A program made the position numbers and the translations under genes. A model generated the notes under the pieces. The model had not been told where the DNA came from. It saw only the letters and a list, made by a program, of their open reading frames with translations, and searched no databases. A DNA stretch of 64,000 nt from Octopus sinensis. Lineage: Eukaryota. This document shows positions 1-11,770 of this stretch, one piece after another (positions within the stretch are counted from its first letter, which is position 1; every line of letters starts with the position of its first letter). The DNA lies in assembly GCF_006345805.1 (NCBI RefSeq), contig NC_043002.1, positions 92,628,001 through 92,692,000 on the forward strand, written 5' to 3'.

Positions 1-148
1 ATACCTGGAACACAATGACTTCAACAGCATTTTAAAAGTGCCTTGCACAAAAATCAAATAAACAGCTTGCAGTAATAACATTCGTTCCATTCAGTAAGTT
101 TCAGGTTTTGGATAAACACGTCTTAGTGTTTACCTGTAGTATATACTG

Positions 149-541
149 GTGGAGGCGCAATGGCCCGGTGGTTAGGGCAGCGGACTCGCGGTCGTAGGAT
201 CGCGGTTTCGATTCCCAGACCGGGCGTTGTGAGTGTTTATTGAGCGAAAACTACCTAAAGCTCTACGAGGCTCCGGCAGGGGATGGTGGTGATCCCTGCT
301 GTACTCTTTCACCACAACTTCCCCTCACTCTTACTTCCTGTTTCTGTTGTACCTGTATTTCAAAGGGCCGGCCTTGTCACTCTCTGTGTCACGCTGAATA
401 TCCCCGAGAACTACGTTAAGGGTACACGTGTCTGTGGAGTGCTCAGCCACTTACACGTTAATTTCACGAGCAGGATGTTCCGTTGATTCGGATCAACCGG
501 AACCCTCGTCGTCGTAACCGACGGAGTGCTTCCTTCCTTCC
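149..541 (+). mobile_element. tRNA-derived SINE, head type A (GGAGGCGCAATGGCCCAGTGG...), full length
   Basis: tRNA-like head with A-box-like TGGCCCGGTGG and B-box-like GTTTCGATTCC; (CTTC)n tail; target-site duplication AGTATATACTG at 138-148 and 542-552; near-identical copy at 15587-15973. Confidence 0.9.
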
Positions 542-885
542 AGTATATACTGACACATAATTGAGATGAAAGGCTGACATCTTGTTCAGACGGCCATTGC
601 TGGCTTGCTCTGGTTTCTGGTGATTCATTGTTATGGCTGTAAATGTCTGCTAAGTCATGTCGAACTCCTTCTTTAGAATGAAAATATGTTTAAATTATCA
701 AGAAATATTCTCTTCCAGTTATATCTGAGCATGAAATGCTGCTGTCGTCGGAGATGAAACTTTGACTTCTTGAATGTTCTATAGCACATTCTCCTTTAAA
801 GGATACAGTGGGAAAATATGCTCAACTAGAAGAAAACAATTGCTCACAAGCGATAAGTCTTATCATCGTATTTTCTCGTGCATAA

Positions 886-1265
886 GGCACAAATGTGGCT
901 GTATAGGAAAAAGTTTGCTTCCTAACCACATGTTTACGGGTTCAATCTCACTGAGTGGAACCTTGGCCATGTGTATTCTGCTATAGCTCCAGGCTGTCCA
1001 AGGCCTTGTGAGTAGATTTGGTAGGTGATGTGTTTGTGTGTGTGTCTTTGAATTTATGTGTCCAACCGTCATTGCTTGACAACAGCCGTTGGTTTCTTTA
1101 CGCCCCCGTAACTTAAGGGTTCAGCAAAAAAGACCGATAGAATTAAGTACCAGGCTTCAAAAAAGAAATAAGTACTGCGTTCGATACATTTTACTAAAAC
1201 CCTTCAAGGCGGTGCCCCAGCATGGCTTCAATCCAATAATTGAAGCAAATAAAATATACAAGATA
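886..1265 (+). mobile_element. Degenerate SINE type B
   Basis: Matches the type B consensus seen in many copies here (CCACATG..GGGTTCA head, GGCGGTGCCCCAGCATGGC tail). Confidence 0.8.
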
Positions 1266-1269
1266 AAAA

Positions 1270-1425
1270 TATAAGTCCTCGTATTTCACACATGATTTTA
1301 GCTGAAAAACTGTGATACGATCTTATACATGGGGTGAAGCTAAAACTATGAAGGGCAAAAAATCTGGTACGAAGATTTAACACAAAATTAAGGTTGCGGT
1401 TTATACTCGAGTAAATAAAGTACGT
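1270..1425. mobile_element. Possible pogo/Tigger-type MITE remnant
   Basis: Right end GCGGTTTATACTCGAGTAAATA resembles pogo-like TIRs as recalled; left end degenerate. Confidence 0.3.
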
Positions 1426-3788
1426 TTATTCTCCTAATAGTTACAGTCATTGGGCTGCAGTCATACTAGGCTGTAGTCACATTTCAAGTGTTGGTCGATC
1501 ATATCGGTTTCAAATTTTTGGCACAAGGCCAGCAGTTTTGGTGGTGGAGCAAAGTCGATTAAATCGACCCCAATGCTCTACGGGTATTTCTTTTATCAAC
1601 CCTCGAAAGGATGAAAGGCAAAGCAAACCTAGGCGGAATTTGAACTCAGACCGTCCAGCACCATTTCTTATTTCAGTCTGTTACTTATTTCATCAAAATG
1701 ATATGTCACTGCATCCTCTTTCTGTTTTGTTTCAACGGTTGAAATCTCTCACTCGCAATGTCTTCTATATTATACTCTGGTAGAAAAGTTGCTTCTTTTT
1801 CCACTTTATGACTCTTTAACAGCAATTGCGAAAGACTTGAAGGAAGAGGAGGAATATTCATTTGCCTGGGATATGGTAAGATCTACTCCGAAGGAGCAGT
1901 TTTCGGCAATACACCAGAGCTGATAATAATCTCTAACATATACACACGGCCACGAATTTGCGGAATAGGTTAGTCGATGAAATAAAACCTAGTTCTTGAT
2001 TAATACTTTACTCTTTAAAATAGTCATCTATGTATCATATAGATTGTCGATAGGCCGGTTACTGAAGTATTTGTCCTGAGATAGCATCATTTGTGGATGT
2101 GTTAAAAACGCAATAAATATTAGAGGGAAACGAAAATTTATCCCAGCAGCGGACAACGAGAATACCAGAAGACTTTCAGCCATTTTTGACCTTTTCAATA
2201 GCGCGTACACACAGTCAACCACATGCTTGGACGAAATTTCGTCGCCTCTCTTATAGGAACAAGTGAAAAAAACATTCACTGGTGATGACTAGCCACCCGA
2301 CTGAATAAAGATCCAGTATACGCAACTGAGTCAGAATTAAATTAAAATAGTCATTTGTGTTTCATACATAAAGTATACACACAATCGATGGCCTATCAAA
2401 GTGTGCATACTTTAAGTATGATATATAAATACGTATTTTAGTTTAATATTGCCTCAGTTGCGTTTACCATGCGTTATTCTTTATTCAATTGATGGATAAA
2501 AGACAAAGTTGAGCTCTGTAGAATTTTAATTCAGAACGTAAAACACCGGGAGCATAATAATGACCTTGCTTCCTGTCCTTTTATTTCACCTTTTCAATTA
2601 TTGTTTGTTTTTTATATATTTTTATTCAAAATTTTTGTTTTCAGTCTACCTTTCTGACAACCAACATTTTAGAAATATTTCTAAATAGTTTCTCCAAACG
2701 CCATTTCACCCATTTAACGAAGAAAATTCTACGTCCTCGATCAACTGGGTAGAAATAGCAGCAAATATCCCTCAAATTACATTCTACCACTTTAATTTTA
2801 AAGGAAGTTTACATTGAATAATTCAGACCTAGATATACAGAGAAAAACGATCGTCTGTATTCGTCGTATATATTGCTAGATCGTCTGTATTCATCGGTTT
2901 ATCTATTGCCTTAGGGATAAACTTAGGGATAAACTAAGGGTTAACAGGAAGTAGAGTAACAACATTCTCTAGTCTCCTCCCAAATTTTCGTTCTCTCAAT
3001 CAGTTTACAGCATTTTTGGAACCTTCCAAACCAGAAGTTTTTTTGTCACTTAAAAGCAGCAGCCATATTGGCTGTTGCTATAGTCGACAGTTTCATTGTT
3101 TTATGATTTAAACTTATTCCCCAATAAATAAATAAATGGCAAGCAAAGAGAATCAGGAATGAAAAATATGATACAAAAGGTAGACTAGAAAGGAATTTTT
3201 AATTTTTTTGTGCGGGTGTAATTATCGTAAAATATATAAAATATTTATGTGTGTTAGGTAATGGCGGATAACGGCAGTGACTTCATGAAAAAAATAACCT
3301 AATTCGAGTTGAAAACTAAGAATATATAGATATACATAAATATATAAAAGAGAGAGGTAACTTTATTGCATAAATATATTTAAAGTTTAATCTGCAAAAA
3401 AGAAAAGGGAAACATTTTTTTTTAACTTTTGAAGTAGAGACAATGGACTATTACTCCCTTTCCGAAACCCATATAAAATGTTTGTGTTTTATATTCATTT
3501 AAGTTTGTCATATTTTGAATAATTGACTCTATTATTTATTATATCCAATAATTTTGAGACAAAATTGTTTTCTTTCAAACGAATAATTTCCTTTGTCGAA
3601 ACCAATGCTCATAATAATCCTTTCTACAATAAGCACAAGGTCTGAAATTTTTGGTGCAGGGGTGGAGGAAGAGCGACCTCGAAAGGATGAAACGTGAAGT
3701 CGAGGGAATTTGAACTCGAAATGCAAAGATAGACAAAATGCCGCTAAGCATTTTACCTGGTGTGCTAACGACTCGACCAGCTGGCCGC

Positions 3789-3790
<2 letters not shown>

Positions 3791-3843
<53 letters not shown>

Positions 3844-3912
3844 TATTATTATTATTATTATTATTATCATCATCATTATCATTATTATTATCATCATTAT
3901 CATTATTATTAC

Positions 3913-3990
<78 letters not shown>
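3791..3990. repeat. (ATT)n/(ATC)n compound microsatellite
   Basis: Direct reading. Confidence 0.98.
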
Positions 3991-3991
<1 letters not shown>

Positions 3992-5107
3992 GAGTGAGAG
4001 AGCAGTGCATGCCATCAAAGTGACACTGGGGGAAAATATACGAAGCCCAGTATACCCATTATGACTACCCGTCTGATAAGGGTACACTAGGAGCATGCAT
4101 CACAACCATATGTGAACGACGTGGTGATCTCATATCAAGATAAACAGTGCATGACCTTGCAGGTGGGGCCCAGTTAGAATTTTCTACTGGTCGAGTAACC
4201 CATCTCGTTCAAAAGGTCCCTGAATAAGGGTTGTTTAAGGATGATGAACAAAACACCCATGTTTCCAGAGGTGAATTATTCAAACCACAAAGAATCCCTC
4301 TCAACACATGGCTATGATGCTCCCCCACTACTTCTGCTCGTGATCAGAGATGCACATGTCGTCAGCCACTAAGGGACATGGTCAATTGGTTATGGTCAAA
4401 CAATTGACAAGCAAATCTGTGCTACTGAGCAGAATATTTGCTGTAGCCCATCTTTTATACCAAGACAAAACATTGTACATGTTAGCACTTTCAATCAGTT
4501 AAGATCAGGAGCCATGCGAGCCACTGCCTGGTACTGCATCAGGGCATTTATTATTGTTGAGTGAGAGAGCAGTTCATGCCATCAAAGTGACACTGGGGTA
4601 AAATATACGAAGCCCAATATACCCATCATGACTACCCGTCTGATAAAGGTACACCAGCCACATGCATCACAACCATATGTGCGCGACATGGTGATCTCAT
4701 ATCAAGATAAACAGCACATGACCTTGCAGGTGGGGCCCAGTTAGAATTTTCTTCAGGTTGAGTAGCCCATCCCGCTCAAACGGTCCCTGAATAAGGGTTG
4801 TTTAAGGATGTTGAAAGAACCACCCATGTTTCCAGAGGTGAATTATTCAAACCCCAAAGAATCCCTCACAACACATGGCTATGATGCTCCCCCACTACTT
4901 CTGCTCGTGATCAGAGATGCACATATCGTCAGCCACTAAGGGACATGCTCAACTGGTTATGGTCAAACCACTGACAAGCAAATCTGTGGTACTGAGCAGA
5001 ATATTTGCTGTAGCCCATCTTTTATACCAAGACAAAACAATGTACATGATAACACTTCCAATCAGTTAAGATCAGAAGCCATGAGGGCCACTGTCTGGTA
5101 CTGCATC
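3992..5107 (-). mobile_element. Two tandem copies (3992-4550, 4559-5107) of a ~560-bp non-coding element with an (AAT)n tail
   Basis: Both copies align along their length; 5'-truncated copies at 27666-27853 and 29230-29574 share the 3' end CTGCTCTCTCACTC followed by (AAT)n. Confidence 0.85.
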
Positions 5108-5112
5108 TATTA

Positions 5113-5158
<46 letters not shown>

Positions 5159-5191
5159 TACTACTACTACTACTACTAACAACAACAACAG

Positions 5192-5257
<66 letters not shown>

Positions 5258-5269
5258 TAATAATAATAA

Positions 5270-5480
5270 TGGCTTCAAATTTTGCCACAAGTGCAGTAAT
5301 TTTCGGAGAGGGATGGGTCGATTACATCGACCCCTGTGTTCAATTGGCACTTATATTATCGATTCCGAAAGGATAAAAGGCAAAGTCAACCTCGCTGGAA
5401 TTTGAACTCAGAACGCAGCGACGGGCGAAATACCGCTAAGCATTTCGACCAGCATGCTAGTGATTTTGCCAACTCGCCAC
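5270..5480 (-). mobile_element. SINE type C (GGCGGCGAGCTGGCAG head, C2 tail)
   Basis: B-box GAGTTCAAAT and CCTTTCGG..TCGATAA core on the minus strand. Confidence 0.8.
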
Positions 5481-5535
5481 TGTAATAATGATGATAATAA
5501 TAATAACAACAACAACAACAACAGCAATAATACTA

Positions 5536-5582
<47 letters not shown>

Positions 5583-6053
5583 AACAACAGCAGCAACAAC
5601 AACAACAGTATCAAGGACCACAGTAATAATAATGCCTTTCAACTATAGGCACAAGGCTTCTAATTTTGTGGAAGAGGGTAGTCGATTGAATCTCACTACT
5701 TATTTTCTTCGACCCCGAGAGCACGAAAGGCAAAGCCGACCTTGGTTTCGTTCTCAATTCCACTTCTCGGCATCCAGGGCAAATGTCTCCGACTTTAGCC
5801 CGGGGTCGGTCATCGCCTTGTAAATTAATTTGGCGGGCAGAGACTGTGTTGAAGCCCATTGTGCTTAGACAGACTCACACATCGCTTGATAAACGCTAAA
5901 TACGCGGTTCGGGGGGAAAAGACACTGACAGGGTAAGTATACCAGGCTTAAAAAGTGAAAAACAAGTACTGGTGCCTTCAGTGTGGTGCCCAAGCATGGC
6001 CACAGCCCAATGAATAAAATACAAATAAAAGATATGTGCATTTATGTCTTTGA

Positions 6054-6102
<49 letters not shown>

Positions 6103-6138
6103 CGTGTGCACGGGGTGGGGGTAGCCAGCGCTTGTGTC

Positions 6139-6398
6139 AGTCTTTAAATCCTATTTAAATGGATGTATTGTAAGAGCGCCGTAATACTGCGATATTCGTC
6201 CCGAAAAAGCCTCTTGTGTTGACGTTTAGTGCATAGAAGCATAGAGATATCTCCACCGATGCTGGATGGTCCTCATCTGCTAGCTGTATCTCTATACGTC
6301 TTTGCGCTAAACGTCTACACAAGAGGCTTTCTCGGGACGAATATCGCAGTATTACGGCGCACTTACAGTGCATCCGCATAAAATAAGATTTAAAGACT
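6139..6398. mobile_element. Palindromic foldback/MITE-like element, ~110-bp arms
   Basis: 6139-6250 is the reverse complement of 6285-6398 with few mismatches (e.g. GCGCCGTAATACTGCGATATTCGTCCCGA vs TCGGGACGAATATCGCAGTATTACGGCGC). Confidence 0.8.
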
Positions 6399-6539
6399 AC
6401 CATTTGGTAATAATGCTGTCCATCTATCTATCTATCTATCTATCTATCTGTATGTGTATTTGTATGTATGTATGTATGTATGTATGTATGTATGTATGTA
6501 TGTATGTATGTATGTATGTATGTATTGATTGATTGATTG

Positions 6540-6990
6540 ATTGGTTGGCCTTTTGGATAAATGTTGCACATTAATCTGTAAAAAAATCCAATTTTTTTTC
6601 TTACAGTTTCTTTCTATATTTAACCAATCAGCAACATTATCATAAGACTACGATGAACCCGATATAGCAATTAACCAATCGCAACTGCTGTATTATGTGG
6701 CTGAAAACCAAGACGCCCTGAGAGAAGCTATCCAATTTCCGTCAAACTTTTTTCGTAATCCATGTCATTCCTTCGGTAAAAAAAAAAAAAAAAATTAAAA
6801 GAGAAAAATAGGAAAGAAAATGCGATTTTATTGCATTTAATAACGACGGCCAAAATCAATATTTCGATATCACAACAAAGTGGCTGATCGATTGCAAACT
6901 ATCGCCGCAACTACGATGAGGCTGGGAATTTTCTTGAAGTTCATACCGTATAGCCACCTGAATAATCTGTCGCCTCAACGAACCTATAGC
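6540..6990. promoter_or_regulatory. CCAAT-rich, CpG-containing unique segment (possible promoter)
   Basis: AACCAATCAGC near 6622, AACCAATCGC near 6672 and ATTGGTTGG near 6540; no TSS evidence. Confidence 0.25.
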
Positions 6991-7227
6991 GAATATAATT
7001 TCTGTAATTAGCATAACATAAATTTATTCCCTTCTGTTACGCATTATTATTGTGAAAGTTTAATGAAGAAAAAATTAAGAGTAATACACACCGTACTCCA
7101 AACTTAAGCGAGAATAATCACCGTAATTGATAGCATATAAGAAGCACCTTTTTATTTCCAAAATGTTTCTCAAAAAAATCATCCCAATTTCTATATGCGA
7201 CACTGTTTTAAATATCAAAATTGATTA

Positions 7228-8077
7228 GGCGGTGAGCTGGCAGAAACGTTAGCACGCCGGGCGAAATGCGTAGCCGTATTTCATCTGTCGTTACGTTCTG
7301 AGTTCAAATTCCGCCGAGGTCGACTTTGCCTTTCATCCTTTCGAGGTCGATAAATTAAGTACCATTTACGCACTGAGGTCGATGTAATCGACTTAATCCG
7401 TTTGTCTGTCCTTGTTTGTCCCCTCTATGTTTAACCCCTTGTGGGTAGTAAAGAAATATATATTGGTTTCAAATTTTGACATAAGGCCAGCAATTTAGGG
7501 AGTAGGGTAAGTTGATTACATCGACCCCGATGTGCAACTTGTACTTATTTTATCGACCTCGAGAGAATGAAGGTAAAGTCAACCTCGAGGGGATTTGAAC
7601 TCAGAACATGAAGACGGACGAAATGCCGCTAAGCATTTTGCCCGGTGTGCTAACGATTCTTATTTCTTTATTGCCCACAGGGGGCTAAACATAGAGGGGA
7701 CAAACAAGGACAGACAAAGGAATTAAGTCGATTACATCGACCCCATTGCGTAACTGGTACTTATTTTATCGACCCCGAAAGGATGAAAGGCAAAGTCGCC
7801 CTCGGCGGAATTTGAACTCAGAACGTAACGGCAGACGAAATACCTATTTCTTTACTACCCACAAGGGGCTAAACATAGAGGGGACAAGCAAGGACAGACA
7901 TAGGTATTAAGTCGATTACATCGACCCCAGTGCGTAACTGGTACTTAATTTATCGACCCCTAAAGGATGAAAGGCAAAGTCGACCTCGGCGGAATTTGAA
8001 CTCACAACGTAACGGCAGACGAAATACTGCTAAGCATTTTGCCCGGCGTGCTAATGATTCTGCCAGCTCGCCGCCTT
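7228..8077. mobile_element. Cluster of type C SINEs: plus copy 7228-7460, minus copies 7465-7660 and dimer 7661-8077
   Basis: Repeated head/core GTTCTGAGTTCAAATTCCGCCGAGGTCGACTTTGCCTTTCATCC in both orientations. Confidence 0.9.
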
Positions 8078-8433
8078 CATAAATATTAGATGCTATATTA
8101 CATGCTATGACATAAGTACCAGCTGAATACGGGTGGAGGTCTATTTGATCGACTTACCCCCTCCCCCGAAATTGCTGGCCTTCTACCAACATTTGAAATT
8201 AATATTATTTGCTTTAGTTAATGCACTAAAGAGTTTGTTTCCTGAATGTGCGCTGCTGAAATTGGCGTGCGACTATGACCGTGTGTGTTTCATGCTATCA
8301 AATACTCTGTGTGTATGTGTGTGCCTTTCATTCTTTCAGGGCCGATAAATAAAGTACCAGTGAAACATTGGAGTCGACGTAATCGACTACTACCCTTCTC
8401 CAAAAATGTTGCCATTGTGGAAAAATTTGAAAC

Positions 8434-8467
<34 letters not shown>

Positions 8468-8674
8468 GAATAGGCAGAATCGCTAAGCACGCCGATAAAA
8501 TGTTTAGCAGCACATAGCCCGTCTTTACGCTCTGATTTCAAATTCCGCCGTGGTCGACTTTGGCTTTCATCCTTTGGGAGTCGATAAATTAGGTACCAGT
8601 GAAACACTGGGGTCGACGTAATCGACTAGTTCTCTTCTCACGAAATTTCAGGCCTTGTGCCTTTAGTAAAGAGG

Positions 8675-8728
<54 letters not shown>

Positions 8729-8747
8729 GTTATTATTATTATTGTTG

Positions 8748-8840
<93 letters not shown>

Positions 8841-8881
8841 TATTATTATTATTATTATTACCGTTGTTATTATTATTGTTG

Positions 8882-8924
<43 letters not shown>

Positions 8925-9634
8925 CATTATTAGCGTTACTTAGCGGTTCGGCTACCGTTACTTAGCGGTTCGGCAAAGGAGACCGATAGAATAAGTACTG
9001 GGCTTACAAAAGAATAAGTCCCGGGGTCGATTTGCTCGACTAAAGGCGGTGCTCCAGCATGGCCGCAGTCAAATGACTGAAACAAGTAAAAGAGTAAAAG
9101 AGTAAAAGAGTAAAAGAGTAAAAGAGTAATTATCATTATCATCATCATATATACGACGGGCTCCTTTTTCAGTTTCAGTCTACCAAATCCACTCACAAGA
9201 CTTTGGTCGGCTCGAGATTATAGTGGACGACACTTGGCCAAGGTGCCACGCAGTGGGACTGAACCCGAATCTATATGGTTAGGAAGCAAGCTCCCTACCA
9301 GGCGGAATTCCTTTACTAATGGACTAATAGACCTTCTCGACCAGGGCGATCTAGGGCTAAACAGTAATACATGCATCATATTGATAATGCTTTACGATAT
9401 AATCTATAGCATTATTCCAGCTTCAGTTTAATTTGGAACACGCAATAGTGGAGATTGGACAGCTTTCTCCCAGGGCGAGTTGTCTGCAGACCATATAATA
9501 AGGCAATTATGGTTGACTAATTGCTCTGTTGGAGCTATGGTACTCTCGTAGCAATGACATTGTTTGTTTAAATCTATGACTTTTTCGTGCAACTTTTATC
9601 GATGTGCACAATCAGTTTTAGGATATTTATAATG

Positions 9635-10058
9635 TAAGGCGGCGAGCTGGCAGACACGTTAGCGCGCCGGGCGAAATGCTTAGCGGTATTTCGTCTGTCG
9701 TTACGTTCTGAGTTCAAATTCCGCCGAGGTCAACTTTGCCTTTCATCCTTTCGAGGTCGATAAATTAAGTACCAGTTACGCACTGGGGTCGATGTAATCG
9801 ACATAATACCTATGTCTGTCCTTGTTTGTCCCCTCTGTGTTTAGCCCCTTGTGGGTAATAAAGAAATAGAAATAGGTATTTCGTCTGTCGTTACGTTCTG
9901 AGTTCAAATTCCGCCGAGGTCAACTTTGCTTTTCATCCTTTCGAGGTCGATAAATAAAGTACCAGTTTCGCACTGGGGGCGATATAATCGACTCAATCCC
10001 TTCGTCCGTCCTTGTTTGTCCCCTCTACGTTTAGCACCTTCTGGGCAGTAAAGAAATA
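9635..10058 (+). mobile_element. Type C SINE head-to-tail dimer with 13-bp TSD
   Basis: TSD GATATTTATAATG at 9622-9634 and 10059-10071; second unit restarts at GGTATTTCGTC. Confidence 0.9.
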
Positions 10059-11239
10059 GATATTTATAATGGGCATTGCTGCATGGTTAAGAATAGACAT
10101 AGGCATAATTGAGTGGTGAAGAAGCTCGCTTTGCAAGCCTGCCGTTCCGAGTTCAGTCCCATTGCACGGCACTTTGGGCAACTACCTTTTCCGAGCTGAC
10201 ATCTTGTGTGTGTATCTGGTAGATGTGAACTGTATGGGAGGCCGAAGTGAGTGTCGATGCTTGTCCAACCAACACCTCTTGACAACCGATGCTGGTTTAT
10301 ATTTGTCTCCGTGGCTGGGCAAAAGACACTAGTAGAATAAGTACCAAAGAAAAATAAATACTGGGGTCGATCTATTAGACGAAATTCTTCAAGGTGGTGC
10401 AACATTATGGCCATAATCCATAAAAGATACAAGGATATTTCAATAATTATCAGGTATGAATTAGGTTGTTGCACGACCAGCAAATAAGATTATATACAGC
10501 CCAAGTTCCAACAGGTGTAATGTAGGTGGCTATTTGACAGAGTTGTTTAAATGTCATATAGAATGTCTCCGAGTGCTACGTGTTCAAATCCGGTCGAGAT
10601 CAGCTCTGCCTCTTATACTTTTGGGATCGTTAAATAAACTACAGGAATGGTTGCGTGGTAAGTAGCTTGTTTACCAACCACATGGTTCTGGTTTCAGTCT
10701 CACTGCGTCGCACCTTGGGCAAGTGTCTTCTACTATAGCCGTGGGCCGGCCAAAGCCTTGTGAGTGGATTTGGTAGACGGAAACTGAAAGAAACCCGTCG
10801 TATATATATACATATATATATGTGTGTGTGTGTGTGTGTGTTTGTGCCCCCCAACATCGCTTGACAACAGATGCTGGTGTGTTTACGTTATATTTATATA
10901 TACGGGATGAGCGCGCGCGTGTGTGTTTCTGCCTATCTATCTCTTTTTTTTCTATTATATTTCGCCCTTCTTGCAACCTATTTTAATCAATATTTCCGAT
11001 TGTCCAACCGTAACATCTGGAGGCCAGTCTCTGAGACCCGTTTAATTCAGTTGGATGATGTCCAGCCTGAACATCCGTAGGTCAATAATTATCAGGATAG
11101 TGTGACTAAGATCGAGAGAGATGGCAGCACCTCTGTTGTCTCGATGCTGGAACGTGCATGCGCGTGTTGTTATATCTGTCAGTCGAGTTGCTTTTTCCTG
11201 GATAAGGTTTAGGATGTTTATGTGTATACAACTGCCACG

Positions 11240-11530
11240 ACGATCGTAAGGTCGGGAGTTCAATTCCAGGTGGCACGTTGTGTTCTTAAGCAAGACACTT
11301 TATTTCACGTTACTCCAGTCCACTCAGCAGGCAAAAATGAGTTGTACCTGCATTTCAAAGGGCCAGCTTTGTCACATTCTGTGTCACGCTGAATCTCTCT
11401 GAAAACTACGTTAAGGTTACGCGTGTCTGTGGACCGCTCAGTCACTTGGACGTTTATTTCACGAGCAGGCAGTTCCGTTGATCGGATCAACTAGAACCCT
11501 CGTCATCGTAACCGACGGAATGCCAGTTAA
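11240..11530 (+). mobile_element. SINE type D (CORE-like centre) sharing its 3' half with type A
   Basis: GAGTTCAATTCC B-box, TTGTGTTCTTAAGCAAGACACTT core, 3' GAGCAGGCAGTTCCGTTGATCGGATCAAC..GTAACCGACGGA as at 460-530. Confidence 0.8.
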
Positions 11531-11662
11531 CAACCGTAGCTCTGTCTCAAACATCGGAACAATGCTACCTCGAATGTCCTTCTAATAGATCAATGTGTCT
11601 GAAAGTAAGAAGATTAATATGGTTGATGTCCAGCCAGAATATACAGAGAAATCGGTAGAGTG

Positions 11663-11770
11663 CCAGACTAGTGACCTTGATTTGGATGTTGACCAATTTA
11701 AATACACGTATGTCAATGTCTGCTAGTGTATTTAAGTTGGACAACATCCAATTAAGGATCATTAGTCTGG
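11663..11770 (+). repeat. Inverted repeat, ~45-bp arms, 18-nt loop
   Basis: CCAGACTAGTGACCTTGATTTGGATGTTGACCAATTTAAATACAC pairs with GTGTATTTAAGTTGGACAACATCCAATTAAGGATCATTAGTCTGG. Confidence 0.85.

Noticed and set aside
1-30. Minus-strand acceptor-like TTGTGTTCCAG/GTAT at the window edge
   Set aside because: Only 4 nt of a putative exon is visible, so it cannot be supported
555-825. Protein-like minus-strand frame (..SRSQSFISDDSS..*..GVRHDLADIYSH..)
   Set aside because: In-frame stops, no convincing donor, no recognised family
1783-2290. Plus-strand exon-like segments (KLLLFPLYDSL..FAWDM/GTAAGA; IICGCVKNAINIRGKRKF)
   Set aside because: The second segment has stops and neither matches a family I know; may be a decayed TE
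2915-2945. TTAGGGATAAAC short tandem as telomeric sequence
   Set aside because: Only 2-3 interrupted units; likely local slippage
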